Origin: Candidatus Micrarchaeia archaeon
GTDB taxonomy: Archaea > Micrarchaeota > Micrarchaeia > Micrarchaeales > CABMGC01
Length of the DNA: 24,551 bases
Assembly (NCBI GenBank): GCA_049976845.1
Contig: JBMFHL010000010.1
Coordinates: 1-24,551, forward strand
Reading direction: 5' to 3'
Numbering within the stretch: position 1 is the stretch's first letter; each line of letters begins with the position of its first letter. Below the pieces are notes generated by a model. The model saw nothing but the letters and a program-made list of their open reading frames with translations. It was not told where the DNA came from and made no database searches. Made by a program: the position numbers and the translations under genes. Below, piece by piece: positions 8,246 to 16,770 of this stretch.

Positions 8246-8782
8246 ATGGAAGACGAATATGAAGAAGACGATAGGTTCTATGGGCGCGGATACGGACACG
8301 GTGCTGGAAGAGGATACGCAATGCACGGCATGATGCATTCCCATGGCATGGGCAAGAGCGGAAGATTCAGAACAGGCTTCGGCTTGAGGTATTTCATACT
8401 TGCTGTTACAGCTAAAGGCAAAGCCACTGGCGGTGAGATAGCAAATAGCATAGAAGAGATAAGCAACGGCAATTGGAGGCCAGGGCCAGGCAGCATATAT
8501 ATGATGCTCAAGAATATGGTAGAGGAAGGCTACCTCCAGGTGGAAGAAACTGAAGGCAAGAAATACTATAAAATAACAGAAGAGGGCAGGAAGCTAATAA
8601 ACAATTCCTGGTTTCCTTTCAAAAGTGTAATGGGTTTAGAGAGGCGAAGCAGTGCAGAAGAAAGCATATCCCTTATTGAGGATGCAGCGCAATCACTCCT
8701 TGACAGCGATGCAAAACTGGGAGAGAATGAAAGTGCAAGGATAACGAAAATAATCTCTCTTCTTGGCAAGCTTGTCCAATAG
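8246..8782 (+). CDS. PadR family transcriptional regulator with Gly/His/Met-rich N-terminus
   Basis: GLRYFIL, WRPGPGSIY..L..MVEEGY, KKYYKITEEGR; likely ATG at 8246 (GTG 8237 alternative). Confidence 0.92.
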   Translation: MEDEYEEDDRFYGRGYGHGAGRGYAMHGMMHSHGMGKSGRFRTGFGLRYFILAVTAKGKATGGEIANSIEEISNGNWRPGPGSIYMMLKNMVEEGYLQVEETEGKKYYKITEEGRKLINNSWFPFKSVMGLERRSSAEESISLIEDAAQSLLDSDAKLGENESARITKIISLLGKLVQ

Positions 8783-8783
8783 C

Positions 8784-9530
8784 TCATGTAACGAACGAAG
8801 CAGTGATGCTGCCTGAGCCTCTGGCGCTTGCAGAAGCAGAAATCGTATTACCGCTTATAGTGACATTACTGCTTGCAGTCCAGCCATTGAAAATATAACC
8901 GCTTGGGGGCTGCGCATATATGGTATATTCCACATTATTTATCAGTGTAACCACAGTATTGCTCGGATAGCTTGCGCCTCCCAACGCAATGTGGCCTGTT
9001 CCTGTGCTTGTAAGCAATGTCACCCTGCTAAGCAAGCCCTTGCTGTATACTATCGTATCAGAAGCCGAACCGCTTGTATTATATATGGCGCTAGGGCACG
9101 AATTTGGGTTTGTGCATACTCCATACATTATCTTAAAATTGGGGTTTATCTGGGATCCAGGCGAATAAGAAACACCGCTCAGCGTGACATTGCAAATAAC
9201 TGCCGAACCCTTGGGCGCATAAGAGGGCATGCACACTCCTTTGTAGCTAGAATTGAGATAATTTGGATACAATATAATTGAATTAGATCCGAAAGTGAGA
9301 TTGGCGCCAAGGTTGTTCATGAATACAATAGCAAAACTTGACGCAGAGGCGCTCGATGTAAATACAGATTCAGAGCACGCAAGCTCCGGGGTAATATAGC
9401 AAGAAGAAGGCGAGTATCCTGAAGGGTTCTTTATCGTGACGAGCACTATTATAACGGCTATAAATATAGTCAGTATAAGGAAAGCCCACGCGTATGTCGC
9501 AAGGAATTCTACAGCACTCTGCGCCTTCAT
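8784..9530 (-). CDS. Class III signal peptide (type IV pilin-like) protein with a C-terminal beta-rich repeat-like domain
   Basis: MKAQSAVEFLATYAWAFLIL N-terminus; SC-x7-C motif; Ser/Thr/Asn-rich; YAQPPSGYIFNGW resembles an InlB B-repeat-like domain. Confidence 0.82.
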   Translation of the reverse strand: MKAQSAVEFLATYAWAFLILTIFIAVIIVLVTIKNPSGYSPSSCYITPELACSESVFTSSASASSFAIVFMNNLGANLTFGSNSIILYPNYLNSSYKGVCMPSYAPKGSAVICNVTLSGVSYSPGSQINPNFKIMYGVCTNPNSCPSAIYNTSGSASDTIVYSKGLLSRVTLLTSTGTGHIALGGASYPSNTVVTLINNVEYTIYAQPPSGYIFNGWTASSNVTISGNTISASASARGSGSITASFVT

Positions 9531-9577
9531 GGAATCTGAACACCTATTGCATCTTTATATATAAAAAATGTTCTGAA

Positions 9578-10600
9578 TTATTTAACGAGCTTAAAATCCA
9601 TAACAATTTCCACTTCCTTGGCAGAGTAAGGCCGCACAACCCTCTTCCCAACAATCCTAATTTTAACCCCGTGCATATTAAAAAATTCCCTAAGTCTTTT
9701 CTCACTGTCTTCAAAAGCGCTCTCCTTGCTCCCAAATGTATAGTAATGCACGATGCAGTTCGGCTTTGCAACCGCAAGCACCGCCCCAAGAAAATTGTAA
9801 GAGTCCTTAGGCAAGGGCATGACTATCCTATCTGCGAAATTCTTGTGCCTAGCCGCAAGCCTATTTACATCCCCAAGCTCTGGAATAACATTCTCAACAT
9901 GATTCAATTTTATATTGTTGAGCATGGCCTCGTATGCATGCTTGTTGAGCTCCATTGCTATAACTTTCGAGCTTGGCATTGCCTTAGCTATCTCTATTGC
10001 AAATGGGCCCACTCCTGCAAACATCACAATAACCTGCTCATCTTTCTTGACCAATTTTGATATCCTCTGCCTTTCATAAGCGAGCCTTGTTGAGAAAAAG
10101 ACCTTCCTTATGTCAAATACAAACAAGCAATTATTCTCCTTGTACCTGGAAATGAAATTCTTTTTACCAAGGACATATAAATATCTCCTTGTCCTATACA
10201 GACCTGTCACTGCGCCTGCCTTCCTTACAACAGTTTCAACGCCTTTGTTAACTCTAATCACAATCCTGGCAATTCTCTTTGCATCGCCTGCCTCTGCGTC
10301 TATAACTGCTATATTGCCAAGGAGGTCATAGCCAGTGGGCAATTTTTCAATATCCCTGAACTCCTCAGTAAGCAGATCCTTATAACTTTTTATGCTACCT
10401 CTCTCAAAATCCTCAACTTCTACGCTTCCAAGTGTTTTTAATACTTTTGCATCCTTACCATTTGGTACGTGCAATATAGGAAAGTATATAAAAGATTTTC
10501 TACTAAATACCTTATATCCTCTATTGAAAAGGCCGTTCCTTACAAGGTACCTTTTTGCCTTTTCTGCGTTCTTTTTGCGCACTTTTATGCAGTATGCCAT
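9578..10600 (-). CDS. trm5: Trm5/Met10+-family tRNA G37 methyltransferase
   Basis: N-terminal D1-like domain, YDLLGNIAVI, VFFSTRLAYERQRI, MFAGVGPFAI, ELN, DRIVMPLP. Confidence 0.85.
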   Translation of the reverse strand: MAYCIKVRKKNAEKAKRYLVRNGLFNRGYKVFSRKSFIYFPILHVPNGKDAKVLKTLGSVEVEDFERGSIKSYKDLLTEEFRDIEKLPTGYDLLGNIAVIDAEAGDAKRIARIVIRVNKGVETVVRKAGAVTGLYRTRRYLYVLGKKNFISRYKENNCLFVFDIRKVFFSTRLAYERQRISKLVKKDEQVIVMFAGVGPFAIEIAKAMPSSKVIAMELNKHAYEAMLNNIKLNHVENVIPELGDVNRLAARHKNFADRIVMPLPKDSYNFLGAVLAVAKPNCIVHYYTFGSKESAFEDSEKRLREFFNMHGVKIRIVGKRVVRPYSAKEVEIVMDFKLVK

Positions 10601-10650
10601 AACATATCTTTAAAAATTAAAGGTTTAAAATATATAATGGGTTCGAAACA
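10601..10650. promoter_or_regulatory. Compact divergent promoter region trm5/spt5
   Basis: AAAGG-TTTAAAATATATA centred about 25 bp from both start codons in a 50-bp gap. Confidence 0.55.
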
Positions 10651-11097
10651 ATGTATTTTGTGATAAGGGTAACATCAAGCCAGGAAAAAATAACTGTTGA
10701 TATACTCGAGAATAAGGTTTCAAGGGCGAATGTGCCAATATACTCCATAATTCTTGTCGAGGGAATGCGAGGTTACCTTATAGTAGAAGCAGAAAGCGAA
10801 GTCGCATGCAGGGATCTTATAATGAACGAGCCTCATGTCAAGGGCATGCTAAGCAAGCCTCTAAGCGAAGCTGAGCTAAATTCAATGCTAGAGGTAAAGA
10901 GGTCGCTGCAGGAGATAAGCATAAATGACAAGGTCGAATTCCTCTCTGGGCCTTTTAAGGGCTACAAGGCAAAGGTAATCAAAGTTGATTCTTCAAAAGA
11001 CGAGATAACAGTGGAGCTTATGGATGTCGCGGTTCCAATCCCTGTTACTACAAAATCTAATACTGCTAGAGTGATTGAAAAAGCGCAAAGCGCATGA
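10651..11097 (+). CDS. spt5: Transcription elongation factor Spt5 (NusG family)
   Basis: VTSSQEK, RGYLIVEA (NGN domain); VEFLSGPFKGYKAKV (KOW); AVPIPVT. Confidence 0.96.
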   Translation: MYFVIRVTSSQEKITVDILENKVSRANVPIYSIILVEGMRGYLIVEAESEVACRDLIMNEPHVKGMLSKPLSEAELNSMLEVKRSLQEISINDKVEFLSGPFKGYKAKVIKVDSSKDEITVELMDVAVPIPVTTKSNTARVIEKAQSA

Positions 11098-11108
11098 TGG
11101 TGTTGAAT

Positions 11109-11576
11109 ATGGCGGAAGTTGTTATCAATGGATTAATAGAAGGCGGCAAAGCAACTGGAGGTCCACCGTTTGGTCCTGCACTGGGGCCATTAGGTGTAAA
11201 CATAGCAAAAATAGTTGAAGAGATAAATAGCAAAACAAAGCCCTTCGAGGGCATAAAAGTACCTGTGAAAGTAATAGTAGATCCTGCTACAAAAAATTAC
11301 AAGGTCGAGGTTGGCTCGCCACAAACCAGCGCGCTTATACTAAAGGAGCTTGGATTGCAAGCCGGCGCCAAGAGCAAGGAAGAAATAGCAGGGAATATAA
11401 CGCTGGAGCAGGTCAAAAATATAGCCAAGGCAAAGGAAAGCATGCTCTATGGCAAAAGCTTTGAGTCAAGGGTAAAGCAGGTGCTAGGCACATGCAAAAG
11501 CATGAACATAACATGTGAAGGCAAGGATGCCAGAGAGATTATAGGGAAAATAAACAGCAAGGAAATAAAGCTGTAA
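11109..11576 (+). CDS. rpl11: 50S ribosomal protein uL11
   Basis: EGGKATGGPPFGPALGPLGVN, VLGTCKSM; likely ATG 11109 after GGTG (ORF track start 11094). Confidence 0.96.
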   Translation: MAEVVINGLIEGGKATGGPPFGPALGPLGVNIAKIVEEINSKTKPFEGIKVPVKVIVDPATKNYKVEVGSPQTSALILKELGLQAGAKSKEEIAGNITLEQVKNIAKAKESMLYGKSFESRVKQVLGTCKSMNITCEGKDAREIIGKINSKEIKL

Positions 11577-11607
11577 AAATCTTAGGGCATTATTACCGCT
11601 GATCTCA

Positions 11608-12309
11608 ATGCAAAGCGTTAAGGGCGTGGCTCTGCCACTAAGTAGCCTGTATGTTAAACTCAGGCATAAATTCGGATTTTTGGACTGGTGGCCTGGAGAC
11701 ACCAAATTGGAAATAGTAGTGGGGGCAATACTTACACAGAATACGTCTTGGAAGAATGTGGAAAAGGCGATAGCAAATCTCAAAAAAGAGCGAATGCTAT
11801 CTATGGAAAAGCTTGCTGGTTCGAGCATAAGAAGCATAGAAGAAGCAATAAAGCCTAGCGGCTTCTACAGACAGAAGGCGAAGAGGCTACAAAATATAAT
11901 ACAGCATATATCGTCAAACTACAAAAGCCTCGACAATTTTTTTGATAAAAACGTAGAAGAACTCAGGAAGGAGCTCCTTTCTCTCAACGGCATAGGAAAC
12001 GAAACCGCAGATTCAATAATACTCTACGCAGCTGGCAAGCCGACTTTTGTAATTGATGCATATACAAAAAGGATAATGAACAGAGTGTATGGCATCGACA
12101 AAGACATAAAGTATGAAGAACTGAAGGCGCTTTTCGAGGCAAATATAAAGAAAAATACTGTCCTTTTTAAAGACTTCCACGCCCAATTTGTCGAGCTTGG
12201 AAAAAATTTCTGCAAAAGCAAACCGGATTGCAGCGAATGTCCAGTAAGTGGCTACTGCTTATACTGCAAAAGGCATTCGGCTAATGTAGAGAGGTATAAA
12301 AAGTATTAA
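11608..12309 (+). CDS. HhH-GPD endonuclease III-related DNA glycosylase (COG2231 type) with 4Fe-4S motif
   Basis: WWPGD, GAILTQNTSWKNV, SGFYRQKA, GIGNETADSI, FVIDAY, C-x6-C-x2-C-x5-C. Confidence 0.9.
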   Translation: MQSVKGVALPLSSLYVKLRHKFGFLDWWPGDTKLEIVVGAILTQNTSWKNVEKAIANLKKERMLSMEKLAGSSIRSIEEAIKPSGFYRQKAKRLQNIIQHISSNYKSLDNFFDKNVEELRKELLSLNGIGNETADSIILYAAGKPTFVIDAYTKRIMNRVYGIDKDIKYEELKALFEANIKKNTVLFKDFHAQFVELGKNFCKSKPDCSECPVSGYCLYCKRHSANVERYKKY

Positions 12310-12342
12310 GAATAAAAGATTAGTATCTAATATGTGATTTTG

Positions 12343-13365
12343 ATGGATTTCAGGGAATACATAGAGTTTCACAGGAATGAAGTTTATTCAACCATATGCA
12401 AGTACATGCCGGCAAAGGAGCCTAAGGAATTTTATGCAATAGCAAAGGACTATGTGGACAGGCAGGGCAGTTACAGAAGGCCAGGCCTGGTACTGCTAAG
12501 CGGCCAACTATTCGGCGCTAATGTAGAAGAGTTAATGCTCCCTGCGGCAGCCGAGCAGCTTTCAGAGGACTGGATACTAATGCAGGATGATGCGGAAGAC
12601 GATTCGGATTTGAGGAGAGGCAAGCCTGCAATCCAAAAACTGCATGGTTGGATCCATGCAGTCAATGCAAGCAACCTTGGCCACATGGCAATGTGGAAGA
12701 TGCTTAACGACTATACAATAAATTACGGTCCAGTAAAAGGGAAGAGAATATACGACAAGTTCTACGATATGCTTGAGTACACTGTTGCGGGCCAGCACAT
12801 AGAGAACGAGTTCATACACAACACAAAAGACCTGAGCAAGGCTGACGAATCATTATATTTTAGGATTATAGATAGCAAGACCTGCTATTATACTGTATAT
12901 GGTCCTATGCAGATAGGTGCGCTCGTAGCCAACCAAAAAGACGATGTGCTCGAGAAGCTAAAGGAGATAGGAAAAAATGCGGGTATAGCATTTCAGATAG
13001 CCGACGATATACTTGATATGACAAGCGACGAGAAGAAATTCGGTAAAAAGAACTTCGGCGATCTTTACGAGGGCAAGTTAACGCTTATAATACTGCATAC
13101 TTATAAAAATGCTACTCCGGAAGAGAGGGAAAGAATTAACTCAATATATAAGAAGGAACGCAGTCAAAAAACAATTGAGGATATAGATTTCTTAAGGGGA
13201 ATAATAGAAAAATACAATGGCATAGGCTACGCAAAGGACATAGCAATGAAGTATGGAAAAATCGCTGAAGCAGAAGTTCAGGAGTTTAGTAAAGAAATAC
13301 CGGAGAATGAATACAAGGGCATACTACTTAGCGCCATAGGGGAGCTATACCTTAGAGACAAATAA
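12343..13365 (+). CDS. Short-chain isoprenyl (geranylgeranyl-type) diphosphate synthase
   Basis: DDAED..LRRG (FARM), GQ, KT, FQIADDILD (SARM), DLYEGK; ATG 12343 or GTG 12334. Confidence 0.92.
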   Translation: MDFREYIEFHRNEVYSTICKYMPAKEPKEFYAIAKDYVDRQGSYRRPGLVLLSGQLFGANVEELMLPAAAEQLSEDWILMQDDAEDDSDLRRGKPAIQKLHGWIHAVNASNLGHMAMWKMLNDYTINYGPVKGKRIYDKFYDMLEYTVAGQHIENEFIHNTKDLSKADESLYFRIIDSKTCYYTVYGPMQIGALVANQKDDVLEKLKEIGKNAGIAFQIADDILDMTSDEKKFGKKNFGDLYEGKLTLIILHTYKNATPEERERINSIYKKERSQKTIEDIDFLRGIIEKYNGIGYAKDIAMKYGKIAEAEVQEFSKEIPENEYKGILLSAIGELYLRDK

Positions 13366-13377
13366 AAAGCGGAAAAA

Positions 13378-13494
13378 TGCCAAACAGCAATATGCGTTCC
13401 CACCCTTTTAGGCAGTATTTCATATCGTGAACAGGCTTAGCTTCCGAGTTCGGTAAGGGTTCGGGCGTTGCCCTGTTCCTATGGCCGTTTGGCA
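13378..13494 (-). rRNA. rrf: 5S rRNA
   Basis: Minus strand UGCCAAACGGCCAUAG...CCCGAACCCUUACCGAACUCGGAAGCUAAGCC...GCUGUUUGGCA; terminal helix pairs; T-tract follows. Confidence 0.95.
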
Positions 13495-13510
13495 GATACT
13501 TTATGTTGTG

Positions 13511-13528
13511 TAAGGTTTAAATACCTTA
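13511..13528. promoter_or_regulatory. Near-palindromic BRE-TATA (TAAGGTTTAAATACCTTA) between 5S rRNA and the Yip1-fusion gene
   Basis: AAGG+TATA readable on both strands; TATA 22-29 bp upstream of the 5S 5' end. Confidence 0.6.
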
Positions 13529-13556
13529 TACCTATTATACTATATCAAATGATTCT

Positions 13557-14537
13557 ATGTTCGCAATAGACGAATTAAAAGAAGGTTTCAACATAATGCT
13601 GCATCCTACGCAAGCGACGAAAAAAGAGAGAGGAATAAAAGATTCTCTCAAATTCTATTACAAGCTCTCAATAGTACCATGGCTCCTTTATATATTATTT
13701 GGTGCAATCTTTATTGCAAGTTCTGTAGGTATAGCAGTCGCTGTAATCCCAAGCATAATAATAGCAATTTTGGTATTTTGGGTGCTAATGCCCATAAGCT
13801 TTTTCATAAGCGCATTAATATATCATGCATTTGGAAAACTTTTCAGAGTTTTCAAGAGCGGCTATGCAAATACATTCAATGCAACTGTGTATGGCACAGT
13901 TCCCTCAATACTTTTCATGTGGCTTGGAGCAGTAGCATTGCTAAGCACGCTTAGCCTAGTATTTGCAATCTGGTCGCTAGTTGTGCTGATTATAGCACTT
14001 GCCAATAGGCAGAATACAACAATGCTCCGCGCATTTTTAGTAATACTTATTCCTTTGATAATAATAGTAATAATCACCGTATTCTTTGCCTTTGGCCTAT
14101 TCCTGCCTTCAACTTCATCATCAGGTTTAATCGGCAGTTCATGCATTGCAAGCACCGGCTACTACTGTTCAAATCCAATTTACAATGCTTCAACTAACAC
14201 AATACATTTTGGGCTTGTGCAAGCCTCTGCCAATAATTTTGAAAGCTGGGCTATAGCCTATGCGCCTAGCAATGCAAGCATCTCTACTGCAACAGGCATA
14301 CCTGAAGTTGATTTTATCAAAGTATCAAACAATCCATTTAATGCAGGAGAAATAATAAATGTATCTTTGCCTGCATCCTCTTTGCATAGCGTAAAAGCCG
14401 GCACATTTGCCGCAGGCAATATCTGGATATGCTATTCCCTAAACAGTACAATTACACCTGGCATAGGCAGTTGCACGGCATCATCAGGCAACATAGAATA
14501 TGCCCAAGTAGCAGCCCTTACAGCAACTGCAAAATAA
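13557..14537 (+). CDS. Yip1-domain membrane protein fused to a pilin-like extracellular domain
   Basis: About five TM segments homologous to 23289..23933, then a ~145-aa S/T/N-rich domain with SC-x7-C. Confidence 0.8.
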   Translation: MFAIDELKEGFNIMLHPTQATKKERGIKDSLKFYYKLSIVPWLLYILFGAIFIASSVGIAVAVIPSIIIAILVFWVLMPISFFISALIYHAFGKLFRVFKSGYANTFNATVYGTVPSILFMWLGAVALLSTLSLVFAIWSLVVLIIALANRQNTTMLRAFLVILIPLIIIVIITVFFAFGLFLPSTSSSGLIGSSCIASTGYYCSNPIYNASTNTIHFGLVQASANNFESWAIAYAPSNASISTATGIPEVDFIKVSNNPFNAGEIINVSLPASSLHSVKAGTFAAGNIWICYSLNSTITPGIGSCTASSGNIEYAQVAALTATAK

Positions 14538-14586
14538 TCTCTTGTCTAGCAATTTACTCATAAAATAGCAAAGAAAAAGATAAAAT

Positions 14587-14865
14587 TTACGCTTTGCCTC
14601 TTCTTGTGTAGTCCCTTCTTATGCCTAGTAGCGTTTCATGGTAGTCATCAAATTCATTGGGCGCCTCTTTTAACTCTACTTTATTACTCTCCCCTGCATC
14701 ATTTTTGTATTTAGTATAATCCCTATTAATTCCAAGCGATGTATCCCTTAGGTCTCCGAAAATATCATTAATATCAGTAACACTGCTATCTCTTTTCTCT
14801 TCGCGTTTTTCGTTTTGGCTTATCATAATATCATATGCTTTTATTGCCTCCTCCTTTTTAAGCAA
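14587..14865 (-). CDS. Small hypothetical protein with two internal repeats
   Basis: FGDLRDTSLGINRDYTK / FDDYHETLLGIRRDYTR conserved at amino-acid level, which supports coding; start uncertain. Confidence 0.65.
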   Translation of the reverse strand: MLKKEEAIKAYDIMISQNEKREEKRDSSVTDINDIFGDLRDTSLGINRDYTKYKNDAGESNKVELKEAPNEFDDYHETLLGIRRDYTRRGKA

Positions 14866-14974
14866 ATTTGTGGCTATTGCTGATTGTCGAATGCTCTAAA
14901 AGCTTTAAAAGCATTTGTCGAAGCGGCAAATGTGGTCTCAAAGGCCTCTAGGTTGAGCATCTTGAATACATTTT

Positions 14975-15493
14975 TCAAGTGGGCTTTAAGGCCAGCCTCC
15001 CAAAAATAGTCTGCGGGAAATCAGTAACATCGTCGGTATAGTTTACCTGTAAGTAACCCTCGTACAAGCTGCCAATAATGGAATTGCTGGCGCCGGCGCA
15101 CGTTATATTGAACGTGTATGTTCTGCCAAGTGGGATATATGCCTGGGGCGAAAGCGCAGTCATACCAGTTGTAGTCTTGTTCTCAGAGCAGCCTATTCCA
15201 GTGATGTTAATGGGATCCTGCATGGAATTCTCTATGCTAACCGTGAGCATGCCGTTTACTGAAAGCAGATAGTTTGTGCACTCCAATCCCGAAGATAGTA
15301 CGCAAGTGGATGATACAAAGAGGCTTGGATTGAAGACCCCAATTGAAAAGAACGCGCCAAGGATAACAGCAATGATAAGTATTGCCCAGCCATAGGTCAT
15401 TAGATATTCCATTGCGCTTTGCGCTTTGGAGCTCCTCTTATTAAAGAATATGCGCGTGATCTTTTTAGCAAGCATATATTGCATGTTCATCAT
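14975..15493 (-). CDS. Class III signal peptide (type IV pilin-like) protein
   Basis: KRSSKAQSAMEYLMTYGWAILIIAVILGAFF; TC-x7-C; several N-x-S/T sequons; exact Met start uncertain. Confidence 0.87.
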   Translation of the reverse strand: MMNMQYMLAKKITRIFFNKRSSKAQSAMEYLMTYGWAILIIAVILGAFFSIGVFNPSLFVSSTCVLSSGLECTNYLLSVNGMLTVSIENSMQDPINITGIGCSENKTTTGMTALSPQAYIPLGRTYTFNITCAGASNSIIGSLYEGYLQVNYTDDVTDFPQTIFGRLALKPT

Positions 15494-15610
15494 TCCTATT
15501 ACTAGGAGAAAAGCTATAAAGCATAATATATACTAGCAGATAAAAAGTAAAATTTTTATTTTTGTTCCTACATAATATATAACAAGAGTAGATAAAAGTG
15601 GGGTGATAGT

Positions 15611-16030
15611 GTGGAGAAGAAAAATAAGGAGTGGTTAGCGCCAAGCGACTTTTTCGCAGATCCATTTTCAGCATTCAAGAACTTCTTCCCGACAAGATTT
15701 GGATCAGACTTCAGTTTCCCTGAGATAGACATGATAGACGAAGGGGATTCGATAAGGATAAAAGCAGACATGCCAGGCGTAGACAAGCAGGATATAAAAT
15801 TGAAAGTAACTAGCAATGCAGTGACAATAAGCGCCGCAAACAAGGAAGAAAAAGAGAAGAAAGATAAGAATTATTACTACAGCGAGAGAAGCGCGAGGCA
15901 GTACTATAGAAGCATACCGATACCTGTGGAGGTCGATTCAAAGAGCGCAAAAGCAACATTCAAGAACGGCATGCTCGAGGTATCGCTCAAGAAGAAGGCT
16001 ACCCATGGGGAAGAGATAAAAATCGAGTGA
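15611..16030 (+). CDS. Hsp20 small heat shock protein
   Basis: PEIDMIDEGD, ADMPGVDKQDI, YYYSER, AKATFKNGMLEV; GGGGTGA SD before GTG. Confidence 0.95.
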   Translation: MEKKNKEWLAPSDFFADPFSAFKNFFPTRFGSDFSFPEIDMIDEGDSIRIKADMPGVDKQDIKLKVTSNAVTISAANKEEKEKKDKNYYYSERSARQYYRSIPIPVEVDSKSAKATFKNGMLEVSLKKKATHGEEIKIE

Positions 16031-16080
16031 ATGAAAAAGAGAAACAATAAAAAAGAGCTAAGCAATAAATGGCAATAGCA

Positions 16081-16770
16081 TTATTGTTTTGCTTCCTCTT
16101 TCTTTTCTTCTATCTTTTCTGTGTTCTCTGGCATGTGAAGCTTGTCCAAGCTCCTCATCTCGCTTATGCTCCTCAGCGCCCTGTATGTCGCAATGGCCAT
16201 GTTGTAAATATCCCTAGTCCTGCCCCTTGAAAAGCTCCATATATCCTTTACTCCAGTAACCTCTAGCACCTGCTTTGCCGTATCCCCTGCGACTATGCCT
16301 ACTCCTCTAGGTGCCGGCTTGAGTACTATTTCAGCAGTTCCGCACTTTCCCTTTGCCACTACAGGCAAGCTGTGCGGCGTTCCGCAGTTGCACTCCCATG
16401 ATCCACATCCAAAATTTACTGAAATTATCTTCCTTTTGGCATCTTTTGTTGCTGAACTGATTGCCGGCTTTACCTCTACATCCTTGCCGACTCCTATGCC
16501 GACATGTCCGTTTCTATCTCCTACTACGACTGTTGCCCTGAACTTCTGCTTCCTGCTGTTCTTTGTCATCCTTTGCACAGATGCAATTTCCAATACTCTG
16601 CTTTCCAGGTTTGGAAGCAGCGCATCAATTATCTCCACCTCCTTTATCGGCTTGCCAGCCTCAAAGATCTGCTCTATGCTCCTTATATTGCCGCTCTTTA
16701 CGAGCTCGCCAAGCTTTGTCCTGGGTTTCCATTCCTCAATACTAAATTGCTCCTCTTCGTTGTTATTCAC
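16081..16770 (-). CDS. rps5: 30S ribosomal protein uS5
   Basis: WKPRTKLG, VQRMT, VVVGDRNGHVG, GCGSWEC, PAPRGVGIVAG; GTG start overlapping the rpl18 stop. Confidence 0.97.
   Translation of the reverse strand: MNNNEEEQFSIEEWKPRTKLGELVKSGNIRSIEQIFEAGKPIKEVEIIDALLPNLESRVLEIASVQRMTKNSRKQKFRATVVVGDRNGHVGIGVGKDVEVKPAISSATKDAKRKIISVNFGCGSWECNCGTPHSLPVVAKGKCGTAEIVLKPAPRGVGIVAGDTAKQVLEVTGVKDIWSFSRGRTRDIYNMAIATYRALRSISEMRSLDKLHMPENTEKIEEKKEEAKQ

Noticed and set aside
14874..14960. 28-codon minus-strand ORF (MLNLEAFETT...) as a frameshifted 5' part of the orphan gene
   Set aside because: Different frame, no homology evidence, and it overlaps a promoter-like palindrome
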